Shown: positions 38,326 to 47,732, counted from the stretch's first letter. The stretch: DNA of 64,000 nucleotides from an uncultured Candidatus Saccharibacteria bacterium (GCA_964423885.1 CAYRGD010000002.1:18128-82127), one strand, 5' to 3'. The notes: generated by a model from the sequence alone, not told the origin. Numbers and translations are program-made.

Positions 38326-39186
38326 TCAGGTTTGCTGCCACCGGGCGACGAGGCCGGTCGAGAGGAGGCGGCCCGAACCGGATTCCTGGAGCGCCAGCTC
38401 GCCGGCGTCGACCGTGCCGCCGAGTTGCAAGTCGCCAAGCATGTTTTCGAGCATGATCGCCGAGGCCGAGATCGCGTAGGCGTTCACGAGCAGGCAGCGC
38501 GGCCGGTCGGTCAGGATTCGGGCGCAGGCGTCTAACAGTTCCGGGAACTGCTTGGCGAAGTCCCACGGCTCGCCATTGGGGCCGTGGCCGATGACCGGCG
38601 GATCCATAAGAATGGCGTCGTACCGGCCGCCGCGCCGTTCCTCGCGTGCCACGAATTTCAGGGCGTCGTCGAGGATCCAGCGGATCGGCTTGTCAGCTAA
38701 GCCCGAGGCGGCTTGGTTGTCTCGGGCCCAACCGACCGTGGGCCGCGAAGCGTCGACGTGTGTGACTGAGGCGCCGGCCTTGGCGGCCACGAGCGAGGCG
38801 CCGCCGGTGTAGCCGAACAGGTTGAGCACCTTGGTATCGGCCGTCGCGCCGGCGAGTTGTTTAGTGAGCCACTGCCAGTTGGACCGTTGTTCGGGAAAGA
38901 TGCCGGTGTGCTTGAACGGCGTCAGTTTGGCGGCAAGGACGATGCCGTCGCTTGCGAGTGGCCAGGATTCGGGCACGGCCGTGCGCCGTTCCCACTGCCC
39001 GCGCCGGCCGTCGTCGACGAAGGTAGCGTCGGCACTATTCCAGGCATCGACGGGCCGGTGCGGCTGCCAGAGGGCCTGCGGGTCCGGCCGGTCGAGCACG
39101 AAGCGGCCGAACCGCTCTAACCGCCGGCCGAGGCCGGAGTCCAAGAGTTCGTAGTCGTCCCAGGAGTTTGCCACGATTGTCCGCAT
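38326..39186 (-). CDS. class I SAM-dependent rRNA methyltransferase (RlmI/YwbD-like)
   Basis: VLNLFGYTGGASLVAA (motif I) and AILMDPP (motif IV) in the order seen in RlmI-type 23S rRNA m5C methyltransferases. The exact target specificity cannot be told from sequence. Confidence 0.65.
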   Translation of the reverse strand: MRTIVANSWDDYELLDSGLGRRLERFGRFVLDRPDPQALWQPHRPVDAWNSADATFVDDGRRGQWERRTAVPESWPLASDGIVLAAKLTPFKHTGIFPEQRSNWQWLTKQLAGATADTKVLNLFGYTGGASLVAAKAGASVTHVDASRPTVGWARDNQAASGLADKPIRWILDDALKFVAREERRGGRYDAILMDPPVIGHGPNGEPWDFAKQFPELLDACARILTDRPRCLLVNAYAISASAIMLENMLGDLQLGGTVDAGELALQESGSGRLLSTGLVARWQQT

Positions 39187-39321
39187 ACCCCGTACTGTAC
39201 CAGGTTGTCCACATAGCTGACAGGAGTGTTACTGCCTGTTCGCCGGTTGCATATTCAGGCGGTATACCCTATAAGTAGTCGCGCAATTAATAATCATAAA
39301 CAAAGGAAGGAGGTGGCGCGC

Positions 39322-39762
39322 GTGACCGCGATGCCGGATTTGGAGTTCGTCGTTACGAACCGTGCATTCGTCGAATTGGCGGCGACGCAGGGATTCGAGA
39401 TCGACGCGGTGAAAGCGGAGCTCGCACGGGATATCGAGCGCGAGCTCGGCAAGCTGGTTGAGACCGACGCGGCCTTGATCGCCCACCACCGGCGGCATAT
39501 CACGCACCGCGTGGTAGCCGACTGGTTGGCCCACTTCTTCGACTACCGCAGCGCTGAAGAATGGCTGCGGACGTTGCCGGAGTGGACCGCGCGGGTCCGA
39601 CAAGCACTGACGGGCATATCGGCCCGAAACACACCCTGCCCGTGGAGGGTTCAAGCGAACGGAATCCTCTATTACTTCGACGGCGACAAATTGACGCATG
39701 TCGCCAAACTAAAACCGAAACCGAAGCCCAAGGCAAAACGCCGACGGGTATCTGATCACTAA
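39322..39762 (+). CDS. hypothetical protein with basic PKPKPKAKRRR C-terminal tail
   Basis: GGAGGTGG RBS then GTG (alternative ATG 9 nt downstream). No recognisable domain. The track ORF extends upstream without coding character. Confidence 0.4.
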   Translation: MTAMPDLEFVVTNRAFVELAATQGFEIDAVKAELARDIERELGKLVETDAALIAHHRRHITHRVVADWLAHFFDYRSAEEWLRTLPEWTARVRQALTGISARNTPCPWRVQANGILYYFDGDKLTHVAKLKPKPKPKAKRRRVSDH

Positions 39763-39809
39763 AAGGACAGTGTCATACAGGACACCGTCCTTTTTTCTTT
39801 GCCGAAACC

Positions 39810-41201
39810 TTAGCGGACGACGACGCCGCTGTTCCCGAACGCGCCCCAGTTGGCGCGGAGCTGGTTCGTAGTCCAAGTCAACTGTCCGGCGGCCGGGTCG
39901 TTGATGATGAAGCTGGTCGGATTCTCTTCCGATCCGGTAAAGCCGATCACGAGCCGGGTGTGCTCGCCGACCCACGCGTCGATCGTCGCGCCGTCGGGCG
40001 TCTGCCAGGTATCGCGCCGGGCACGGCCGATCGTGCCCCAGATCTCGACCGGGTTGCCGACGGCCAGTTCGTGCGCCAGATCGGCGACAGACCAGCCGCT
40101 GAAGGCTTCTGCTGGGCGGTAGCTACTTGCCACGCGGGCGATCGGCCTCCAGTGGACGCCGTAGCCGGTGCTATTTTGGCGTCCCATGATGTCACCCACG
40201 AACGCGGCGTTCGGGTCGCCCCAGACGCCGTCGGCGCGGACTAGCGGTTCGGCTACTCCCAGTGTGTCTATGAGCGCGTCTTCGCCGACCGCGACACCCT
40301 TGTAGACGAGCGCCATCTTGAGCGCTGCGACCTCGCAGCTCAACGGCTTGTCCTGGCGGTCGTTCGCGATCGCGAGCACGGTTTTGGGTTCGGGCGGCCG
40401 TGGCGCGGCCACGATTTTCTTCGGTACTGCTGTCGGTGCGGCTACCGGCGGCGGATCGGCCTTGACGGCGAACCTGATTTGGAAGCTCGTGGTAGCGGCG
40501 GTATCGGGCAGCGACGGCTCGGCCGTCAACACGTATGACAGGCCGGCCTCGAAGCAGTCGGCTGCCCGGACCGTGTACGCACTACCGTTCTCGGACAACT
40601 CGACCGCGAGCGGGCGTGCCGGTTCGGTGCTTACCGTGAACGTTCCTGCGGTGGCGACCGGCCGGTCGAGCGTCAGCGTGATCGGTTCGCACGCGGCGAC
40701 GTCCGTAGCGCCGTCGGCCAGCGAGCTCGCCGTGACCGCCGGGAACGCGCCGGTATCGAATGAGACGACCTCGTTGCTCGGGTAGAGTGAGGTAAGTGAC
40801 CGGGCATCACCTAGGCGCACCACGTAGCGGGTGTCGGGCAGGAGCGTCCCGGCGGGCGTAAAGACCATGCCGCGGTAGAGCGTGCTCCCCAGGATCGGAT
40901 CGACGTACTCCCAAGTGCCGCCGGCCGACGGAAACAGTTCCGGTCGGACCGTATCCTTGAGTACCGGCTTGGTAAAGGCGATCCGGACGGATTCCTGGAC
41001 GCCGTGCGGTTCGGCCGCGGCGAGCGGGGTGGGGGAGGGCGGGAGCAGGAGCGTGGTGGCGATGAGCGCGACGTTGACGACGAAGAGCAGCGTCCGGACC
41101 AGCCGTCGGTCGAAGGCTTGCAGCACGAGGTCGCGGTTGACCCGCCACCGTTTCGGATGTCCGTGCTTGCGCGCGTGGCGCCGTCGGTCGTGTGCGGCCA
41201 T
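39810..41201 (-). CDS. membrane-anchored protein with Ig-like/beta-sandwich repeats and C-terminal C39-like cysteine peptidase domain
   Basis: AAGGAGGGG RBS before the ATG at 41201 (MAAHDRRRH). TM helix, Pro/Ala linker, then a C-terminal domain with a Cys in the KPLSCEVAALKMAL context and downstream His/Asp, as in Peptidase_C39_2/YvpB-like proteins. Confidence 0.55.
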   Translation of the reverse strand: MAAHDRRRHARKHGHPKRWRVNRDLVLQAFDRRLVRTLLFVVNVALIATTLLLPPSPTPLAAAEPHGVQESVRIAFTKPVLKDTVRPELFPSAGGTWEYVDPILGSTLYRGMVFTPAGTLLPDTRYVVRLGDARSLTSLYPSNEVVSFDTGAFPAVTASSLADGATDVAACEPITLTLDRPVATAGTFTVSTEPARPLAVELSENGSAYTVRAADCFEAGLSYVLTAEPSLPDTAATTSFQIRFAVKADPPPVAAPTAVPKKIVAAPRPPEPKTVLAIANDRQDKPLSCEVAALKMALVYKGVAVGEDALIDTLGVAEPLVRADGVWGDPNAAFVGDIMGRQNSTGYGVHWRPIARVASSYRPAEAFSGWSVADLAHELAVGNPVEIWGTIGRARRDTWQTPDGATIDAWVGEHTRLVIGFTGSEENPTSFIINDPAAGQLTWTTNQLRANWGAFGNSGVVVR

Positions 41202-41257
41202 TCCCCTCCTTCGTGCCGTTCGGACGTACGTATCGCATCGTATCATGCCGGCCCGGC

Positions 41258-41292
41258 CAAGAAAAAAGGGACCCCATGCGGGGTCCGTCTGC
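41258..41292 (-). terminator. candidate rho-independent terminator (minus strand) downstream of the Xer recombinase gene
   Basis: GGGACCCC-ATGC-GGGGTCC hairpin followed on the minus strand by a TTTTTT run. Confidence 0.45.
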
Positions 41293-41577
41293 TAGTCGGG
41301 AATGTTCATTCCCTTTCGTTTTCGTTTCGCGTTTGGCTGCGCGCCGGTGTCCGGCGCCACGCCGAAACGGCTATGGTCGTTGTCGGTCGTCAGGCGTTTC
41401 GCCGTTTCTTTCTTTCGTATCCGGCGGCACGACAAGCTCTCGCCTTCAAGAAGATCGGCCTGCGACGGTTGGCCGTCGGCGACCGGGGCAGGATCGGATT
41501 CGTCCACGAGGATCCGCCTCCGCGTTGCATGATTTGCGGGGCTACCGCAGCAACCGACATAGGATAGCCCTCCTGCG

Positions 41578-42462
41578 CTACTTCTTCAAGCGGCCGTGGA
41601 ACGCCTTGTGGACTTCTTTTAAGTGCGTGTCGGTGAGATGGGTGTAGCGCTGGGTGGTTACCACCGACGAGTGTCCGAGCAGGGATTGGACGGCGCGCAG
41701 ATCGGCGCCGGAGCGTAAAAGGTCGGTCGCGAACGAGTGGCGGAGCGTGTGCGGCGTGACGTGGTCGGCGATGCCGGCCGCTGCCGCGTAGTACTTGATG
41801 ATGCGTTGGACGCTTCGGACAGTCAGGCGATTGTCCCCTTCCCTGTCCGCTCGCTCGCGGATGAACAGCGCCGGATCCTGGTCGGCGCGACGGCGCAGGT
41901 AGGCTGTGATGGCGGCTTGGGCGGATGCCGATAGGAACACCACGCGCCGTTTCTTGCCCTTGCCGAGCACGCTCACCTCTTCCCTGCCTTCGACGTCGGT
42001 CCGGTCGAGCCGCGTCAGCTCGGCTACCCGCAGGCCGGTGGAAAAGAGCGTTTCCAGCAAGGCGCGGTCGCGGATGCCGGCCGGGGTGCCGGGGTCCGGC
42101 GCGGCCAGCAGGCGTTCGAGCGCGTCGGCATGCAGGACGCTCACCTCGGGCTCGTCGACGCCGGGAAGGTCGACCGTGTCCGACGCCAGGCTCGGGATAT
42201 TGCGCCGGGCCAGCCAGGCCAGGAACGCGCGGAGCGCGACTAAGTGGTAGTTCTGCGTCGCCTTACCGAGCGCTTCGTTCCGGTTCAAGTCGAGCCGCCA
42301 GCGGCGGACGAGCTCGCCGTCGATCCGTTCGACCGGCGTGCTGCCCGCGAAGAGCGCGAACCGTTCCAAGTAGTGCCGGTAGTTGGCGATTGTCCGTTCG
42401 GACAGCCCTTGGGCGAGCTCGCAGTCTTCCAGAAACCGTCGGACGGCGTCGGCAAGTTCCAT
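41578..42462 (-). CDS. tyrosine site-specific recombinase, XerC/XerD family
   Basis: N-terminal SAM-like core-binding domain and C-terminal catalytic R...HxxR...Y pattern (HTLRHSFATDLL...LLGHSSVVTTQRYTHL). Start at MELADAV, directly preceded by an extended -10 element. Confidence 0.88.
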   Translation of the reverse strand: MELADAVRRFLEDCELAQGLSERTIANYRHYLERFALFAGSTPVERIDGELVRRWRLDLNRNEALGKATQNYHLVALRAFLAWLARRNIPSLASDTVDLPGVDEPEVSVLHADALERLLAAPDPGTPAGIRDRALLETLFSTGLRVAELTRLDRTDVEGREEVSVLGKGKKRRVVFLSASAQAAITAYLRRRADQDPALFIRERADREGDNRLTVRSVQRIIKYYAAAAGIADHVTPHTLRHSFATDLLRSGADLRAVQSLLGHSSVVTTQRYTHLTDTHLKEVHKAFHGRLKK

Positions 42463-42511
42463 GCCGCCAGTATACCAGGCGCGCCGGCTGCTCCTTTGGT
42501 ATGATGCCCGC
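42463..42511. promoter_or_regulatory. back-to-back divergent leaderless promoters (TGGTATACT-N6-ATG for the Xer gene; TGGTATGAT-N6-ATG for the PAP2 gene)
   Basis: Each start codon lies exactly 6 nt downstream of an extended -10 (TGnTAnnnT) with no Shine-Dalgarno sequence. The whole intergenic region is 49 bp. Confidence 0.5.
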
Positions 42512-43102
42512 ATGGAATCCCTGCTTGCCCTCGATACGCGCGTCAGCCTGTGGTTCCAAGCGGCAGCGCCAACGCTGCCCGAGCTCTGGAAGCTGCTCGC
42601 GATTTTCGGCGTCTACGCGGTGCCGGCGGCGTTGCTCTGGTCGTGGTTTCGCGGCGACAAGCTCACCGCCTTCCGGGCGGGTCTCACCGGTATCGCCGCC
42701 TGGTTCCTCTTGAACGGCCTCATTAGCCGGCTGTTGCCGCGCGACCGGCCGCCGCAACTGCCGTTCCTCAACTTTCCTGCGCATGAGTTCCTGTTCGACC
42801 GGCCCGGGCCGTCATTCCCGTCCGACCACGCGGCATTCATGACCACGGTTACGCTGGTGTTCGCGTTGGCCGGCCAGCACCGGATCGCTACGTTCCTTGC
42901 CTGGGTGACGGCGGCCACGTTGCTCGCGCGGGTCGTGACCGCCCAGCACTGGGCGGGGGATATCGCCGCTGGCGTCGCTGTCGGCGCCGTCGCGGCCTGG
43001 CTGTCGAACCTCGCACGCCCGGCCGTCGACCGGTACGTAGGGCAGCCGCTCGTAGCCGTCTGGCGTCGCCTGACTGGATCCGATGTTCGGCCTGACGCTT
43101 GA
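42512..43102 (+). CDS. PAP2-superfamily phosphatase (undecaprenyl-diphosphatase-like)
   Basis: Membrane protein with PSFPSDH and ...HW.GD motifs (PAP2 KxxxxxxRP / PSGH / SRxxxxxHxxxD pattern, partly divergent). Confidence 0.7.
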   Translation: MESLLALDTRVSLWFQAAAPTLPELWKLLAIFGVYAVPAALLWSWFRGDKLTAFRAGLTGIAAWFLLNGLISRLLPRDRPPQLPFLNFPAHEFLFDRPGPSFPSDHAAFMTTVTLVFALAGQHRIATFLAWVTAATLLARVVTAQHWAGDIAAGVAVGAVAAWLSNLARPAVDRYVGQPLVAVWRRLTGSDVRPDA

Positions 43103-43685
43103 CGAACTCGTCCGCGCATTGGGATATGCCGGCGTCGCCGGGATCCTCTTTGCCGAGTCCGGCCTGTTCGTCGGCTTTTTCCTGCCCGGCGACAGCTTGC
43201 TCTTCGCTGCCGGGCTCGTTGCCGCCCAAGGCCATCTCAACCTCGCGGCGCTCATCGTGGTCTCGAGCGTGGCCGCTATCCTGGGCGACAGTGTCGGGTA
43301 CGCGTTCGGCCGCCGGGTCGGGACCGCCCTGCTCAAGCGTCCGGACAGCCGGCTGTTCCGCCGCGAACACCTAGTTCGCGCCTCGGCGTTTTACGAGCGC
43401 CATGGTAGCAAGACGATCGTCCTTGCCCGGTTCGTGCCGATCGTCCGCACGTTCGCCCCGATCCTTGCGGGCGTCGCCCGGATGTCCTACCCTACCTTCG
43501 TCATATACAACGTGGTCGGCGGCGTATTCTGGGCGGCCAGTCTGCCGCTGCTCGGCTACTTCCTGGGGAGCCGCATCCCCGACATCGACCGGTTCGTCCT
43601 GCCGGTGATCGGGCTGGTTATCGTTGTCTCCCTGCTCTCGCCGGCGCTCCAGTATCTTGGCCGTGCACGAAAGGATTCTCAATGA
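43083..43685 (+). CDS. DedA-family (VTT/SNARE-associated domain) membrane protein
   Basis: FxPGDSLLFAAG and ARFVPIVRTFAPILAG signatures of DedA/TVP38. Confidence 0.85.
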   Translation: MFGLTLDELVRALGYAGVAGILFAESGLFVGFFLPGDSLLFAAGLVAAQGHLNLAALIVVSSVAAILGDSVGYAFGRRVGTALLKRPDSRLFRREHLVRASAFYERHGSKTIVLARFVPIVRTFAPILAGVARMSYPTFVIYNVVGGVFWAASLPLLGYFLGSRIPDIDRFVLPVIGLVIVVSLLSPALQYLGRARKDSQ

Positions 43686-44959
43686 TCGACGCGACAAAAA
43701 CCGTACTCGGCAACGGCTTGCGGCTGCTCACGGTACCGCAACATGAAACCAAAGCGGTGACGCTGCTCTTTTTGGTGGGCACGGGTTCACGGTTCGAGGT
43801 GCCGGAACAGAACGGCATCTCGCACTTTCTCGAGCACATCCTGTTCAAGGGTACCGAGAAGTACCCGAGCCCGCTCCTGTTGTCCGAGGCGCTCGACGGC
43901 ATCGGCGCGAACTTCAACGCCTACACCTCGCAGGAATACACCGGGTTCTACATCCAGGCCGAGGCCAGCCACTTCCCGCTCCTTGCCGACGTGCTCCACG
44001 AGATGTTCTACCGCCCGCGGTACGCGCCCGAGGATATCGAGCGGGAAAAAGGCGTCATCGTCGAAGAGATCAACATGTACCGTGACCTGCCGCAGCGGCA
44101 CGTGGGCGACCTGCTCTTTTCGCTCATGTACGGCGCAGAGACACCGCTCGGCCGCAACATCGCCGGCACGAAAGAGACAGTGACGAGTTTCACGAGCACG
44201 ACCTTCGCCGACTACCAAGGGCAGTTTTATACGCCCGACAACATCATCGTGTCGGTGGCCGGCAATCCGGGCAGTCACGGCTGGGAACGCGAGCTGGCCG
44301 CACTCTTGGGAAACAAGACTGGAGCCAAGGCGCGCGGCTTCGAGTCGGCGGCGTACGTCCAGTCGGCGCCACGCGTGCTGACGGAGCGCCGCGAGACCGA
44401 CCAGACCCATCTGGTGCTCGGCATCCCGATGCTCAAGGAAACCGACGAACGGTTGCCGGTGCTGACTGCACTCAACACGATCCTGGGCGGTTCGATGAGC
44501 TCTCGGCTGTTTTCGGAAATCCGCGAGAAGCGGGGACTCGCCTACTACGTCCGGTCGGGCGAGGACACGTTCCACGATACCGGCCTGCTCGGTATCGCGA
44601 CCGGCGTCCGCAACGCCGAGGCGAAGGAAGCGGTATCGCTCATCCTTACCGAGGTCAAGCGCCTGAAAGACGAGCCCGTGACGGCGGCCGAGCTCGCGAA
44701 GGCGAAGGAACACTTCAAGGGCAAACTGGCGCTCGGGCTTGAGGGATCGTCGGAAGTGAGCTCGTACGTAGCGCAGCAGGAACTCTACCATGGGAAACTC
44801 ATCCAACCCGAGACGCTCGCCGAGAAGGTCGAGCAGGTGACGGCCGCCCAGATCCAGGAGCTTGCGAACGAGCACTTCCGCCCCGACCGGCTCAACCTGG
44901 CCGCGGTCGGCCCGTTCGCCGAAGGCGATTTCCTGCCGATCCTCGAACGCTGGCAGTAA
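43682..44959 (+). CDS. M16-family zinc peptidase (insulinase-like)
   Basis: HFLEHILFKGT (inverted zincin HxxEH motif) and a downstream E in ...VIVEEI.... ATGA overlap with dedA. Confidence 0.85.
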   Translation: MIDATKTVLGNGLRLLTVPQHETKAVTLLFLVGTGSRFEVPEQNGISHFLEHILFKGTEKYPSPLLLSEALDGIGANFNAYTSQEYTGFYIQAEASHFPLLADVLHEMFYRPRYAPEDIEREKGVIVEEINMYRDLPQRHVGDLLFSLMYGAETPLGRNIAGTKETVTSFTSTTFADYQGQFYTPDNIIVSVAGNPGSHGWERELAALLGNKTGAKARGFESAAYVQSAPRVLTERRETDQTHLVLGIPMLKETDERLPVLTALNTILGGSMSSRLFSEIREKRGLAYYVRSGEDTFHDTGLLGIATGVRNAEAKEAVSLILTEVKRLKDEPVTAAELAKAKEHFKGKLALGLEGSSEVSSYVAQQELYHGKLIQPETLAEKVEQVTAAQIQELANEHFRPDRLNLAAVGPFAEGDFLPILERWQ

Positions 44960-44981
44960 CCCGACGCCGAGGAGGGCGCAC

Positions 44982-46145
44982 GTGACGGAATTCCTAGTCG
45001 GTTTGCTCGCAACGGTCATCGTGGTGGCCGGCATCCTGCCGCCCGCGAACCGGCGGGCGCTGCTCAAGGCTTGCTACATCTACGGGATCGTGATGCTGCC
45101 CGGCCGGCGGTGGCACCTGCCGGCGTTCCTGTCGTCGCGGATCGAACGGCACGAACCGGTGCTCGCCATGCCAGGCCGGACGTTGACACCCGACCTGTAC
45201 CGACCGGTTGGTCGCGCTCCGGCACGACGTCCGGCCGTGATCGTATACGCGCCGCTCGCGCCGGAAGGCAAGCGGAACAAGTACGTCGTCAACCTGCTCG
45301 AAGGTCTGGCTCGGTCCGGCCTGGTCGTGTTGGTACCGCACTGGCCAGCGCGCCCGCTGGGACTCATCGACGATGCCGACGTGCAGGAACTCGAGCAGTC
45401 GGTCGCGTTCCTGACCGAGCAGCCGTACGTCGACCCCGACCGGATCGGGATCGTGGCGGTGAGCTACGGGGCGGGCCCGGCGCTTATCGCCGCCTCACGG
45501 CCGAACATCGGGAAGCGGCTCCGCTACGTCTTGAGCTTCGGCGGCTACGTCGACCTATGGTCGGTCTTCCACTTCGCGGGGTCGGGGAAGACGCACGTCC
45601 ACGGCGCGCCGGTCGATCTGTCGCCCCACCCGTACATGCACTACGTCATCCTGCGGACCCTGTCCCGCTGGCTGCCCGACAAAAAGGACCGGGCGGCCCT
45701 GACCGCCTTTTTGCAGAACATCGGCGACGTGAACGCGCCGGTCGATCTGGCCCGGGTCCAAGCCCTGGTCAGTCCGAAGAGCCGTGAGCTCATCGAATCA
45801 ATCGAGCAGGCGAGCTCGCTTTCGACGCGCCAGCTCCGGGCCCAGTTCCCGCCCGAGGTCAGAAAGAAAGGCGATGCGCTCTCGATGCGCTCGTCGATGT
45901 TCGATCGGATCGATGCCAAAATCATGATCATCCATACCACGAACGACAATCTGGTGCCGTACGCCGAGGCGACCAAGCTTTGGCAGCACCTCCGCGCTGA
46001 GCAGCGGCTGAACTGGACGACGCTGTCGGGTTTCGACCACACGCTTCCGCCGTCGCTCACGCCTGTGAACCTCTTCACGGTCTACCTGCCGAACATGGTC
46101 CGGCTGCTCACCATGCTCTACCAGTTTTTCCTGCTGCAGGAGTAG
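44982..46145 (+). CDS. alpha/beta-hydrolase-fold protein with N-terminal TM helix
   Basis: GAGGAGGG RBS then GTG. Nucleophile elbow GIVAVSYGAGPA (GxSxG-like) and a later D/H. The family assignment is approximate. Confidence 0.55.
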   Translation: MTEFLVGLLATVIVVAGILPPANRRALLKACYIYGIVMLPGRRWHLPAFLSSRIERHEPVLAMPGRTLTPDLYRPVGRAPARRPAVIVYAPLAPEGKRNKYVVNLLEGLARSGLVVLVPHWPARPLGLIDDADVQELEQSVAFLTEQPYVDPDRIGIVAVSYGAGPALIAASRPNIGKRLRYVLSFGGYVDLWSVFHFAGSGKTHVHGAPVDLSPHPYMHYVILRTLSRWLPDKKDRAALTAFLQNIGDVNAPVDLARVQALVSPKSRELIESIEQASSLSTRQLRAQFPPEVRKKGDALSMRSSMFDRIDAKIMIIHTTNDNLVPYAEATKLWQHLRAEQRLNWTTLSGFDHTLPPSLTPVNLFTVYLPNMVRLLTMLYQFFLLQE

Positions 46146-46200
46146 CCGGCTTCTGCAGCGGCCGTCTTTCCGGTAGGATTGCACCCGAAGGAGCCATACT

Positions 46201-46671
46201 ATGCACACAGAACAGACCTTGATGATCGTGAAACCGGACGCGGTGACGCGCGGCCTCGTCGGCGAGATCCTGCACCGGGTGGAGCGGAAAGGATTCAAGA
46301 TCGTCGGAATGAAGTTCCTGCACTTGCCGACCGACCTGCTCGAAGAGCACTACGCGCACCTCAAAGACAAGCCGTTCTTCCCCGGTATCGTCGCGTTCAT
46401 GCAGAGCGCGCCGTCGCTCGCGGTGGTGCTCGAAGGCAAGAATGTCGCGGGCGCGGTCCGGATGATGGCCGGCGTGACGAACGCGGCCGAGGCGTTGCCC
46501 GGCACGCTGCGGGGCGATTACGCCTTGTCGATCCAGCAAAACGTCGTCCACGTGAGCGAGAACGCCGAAATCGCCAAGGCGGAGGTCGAGCGGTTCTTTA
46601 AGCCGGCCGAGCTGTTCAAGTACGACCGGGCCGACGTCGCCGCGCTGTACGCCGCCGACGAACGCGGCTGA
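46201..46671 (+). CDS. ndk: nucleoside-diphosphate kinase
   Basis: EQTLMIVKPDAV...GEI, active-site NVVHVSEN (His) region. GAAGGAG RBS. Confidence 0.95.
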   Translation: MHTEQTLMIVKPDAVTRGLVGEILHRVERKGFKIVGMKFLHLPTDLLEEHYAHLKDKPFFPGIVAFMQSAPSLAVVLEGKNVAGAVRMMAGVTNAAEALPGTLRGDYALSIQQNVVHVSENAEIAKAEVERFFKPAELFKYDRADVAALYAADERG

Positions 46672-46679
46672 CCGCGACG

Positions 46680-47732
46680 ATGGACGTGGCGCCGCTCGCA
46701 TTGCCGTTCGTCGCCGCGTTGGCACTGTCGGCCTGCCTGGTGCCGGCGGTGCGCCGGTTTGCGGTCCGCGTGGGAGCGGTGTCGCAACCGGGCGGACGGC
46801 ATATCCATGCCACGCCGACGCCACGCCTCGGCGGCCTGGCGGTTGCCGGCAGCTTCTTTGCCGTCGTTGCCGCCATACTCCTGCTCGCACCCGAGCAGCT
46901 CCGCTTCGTGCCTGAGCAGGCACTCGGCATCGACCGCAACCTGTTCGGTGTCCTGTTCGGGGCGCTCATCCTGCTTGTCGCCGGGGTCATCGACGATCGG
47001 TTCGACCTGAATCCCTGGCTGAAACTCGGCCTGCAGGTGGCTGCAGCCGGTTGCGTTGTCGCGTCCGGAGTAACCATCCACTGGCTGTCGAACCCGTTCG
47101 GCGGCGATCCGTTCGTGCTCGGCGGTTTGTCCATTGTATTGGTACCGGCCTGGCTGCTGCTCATGATCAACGCGACGAATCTCATCGACGGCCTCGACGG
47201 CCTGGCCGCCGGCCTGTCGGCGATCGCGGCCGCGGCGCTGGTGTTCCTGTCGCTCCAGCCGGTCGTCGACCAGCCGGCCACCGCGCTGTTAGCCGCAATC
47301 CTTACTGGCGCGATCCTCGGTTTCCTGCCGTACAACTGGAATCCCGCCAAGATTTTTTTGGGCGACACCGGTTCGATGTTCCTGGGTTACATGGTGGGCG
47401 TCTTCGCGATCATCTCGGGCGCAAAATTGGCGACCGCCGCGCTCGTGCTGGCGTTGCCGATCCTGGATATCGGCTGGGTCTTTATGCGTCGGTTGCTGAA
47501 CGGCCAGTCGCCGATGAAGGCTGACACGCTTCACCTGCACCACCGGTTCCTGCGGGCCGGTTTTTCTCCTCGGGCGACCGTGCTTGTCCTCTACGCCGTC
47601 GCCGCCGGGTCCGGTATGATCGCGCTCATGAACGGGACGCAAGGAAAAACCGCCGCGTTGCTCGCGCTCGCCGTCGCCGCCGTCTGCCTTGCGGCCGGTT
47701 TGGTCGCGGCCGGCAAGCGGAGGACGGCATGA
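46680..47732 (+). CDS. glycosyltransferase family 4 phospho-sugar transferase (WecA/TagO/MraY-like)
   Basis: NATNLIDGLDGLA (DDxxD-equivalent motif), 10-11 TMs, ~350 aa as for WecA-type UDP-GlcNAc:undecaprenyl-P transferases. Confidence 0.85.
   Translation: MDVAPLALPFVAALALSACLVPAVRRFAVRVGAVSQPGGRHIHATPTPRLGGLAVAGSFFAVVAAILLLAPEQLRFVPEQALGIDRNLFGVLFGALILLVAGVIDDRFDLNPWLKLGLQVAAAGCVVASGVTIHWLSNPFGGDPFVLGGLSIVLVPAWLLLMINATNLIDGLDGLAAGLSAIAAAALVFLSLQPVVDQPATALLAAILTGAILGFLPYNWNPAKIFLGDTGSMFLGYMVGVFAIISGAKLATAALVLALPILDIGWVFMRRLLNGQSPMKADTLHLHHRFLRAGFSPRATVLVLYAVAAGSGMIALMNGTQGKTAALLALAVAAVCLAAGLVAAGKRRTA

Noticed and set aside
46108-47368. minus-strand ORFs of 271 aa (46108-46923) and 250 aa (46616-47368)
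   Set aside because: Antisense of ndk and the WecA-like gene.
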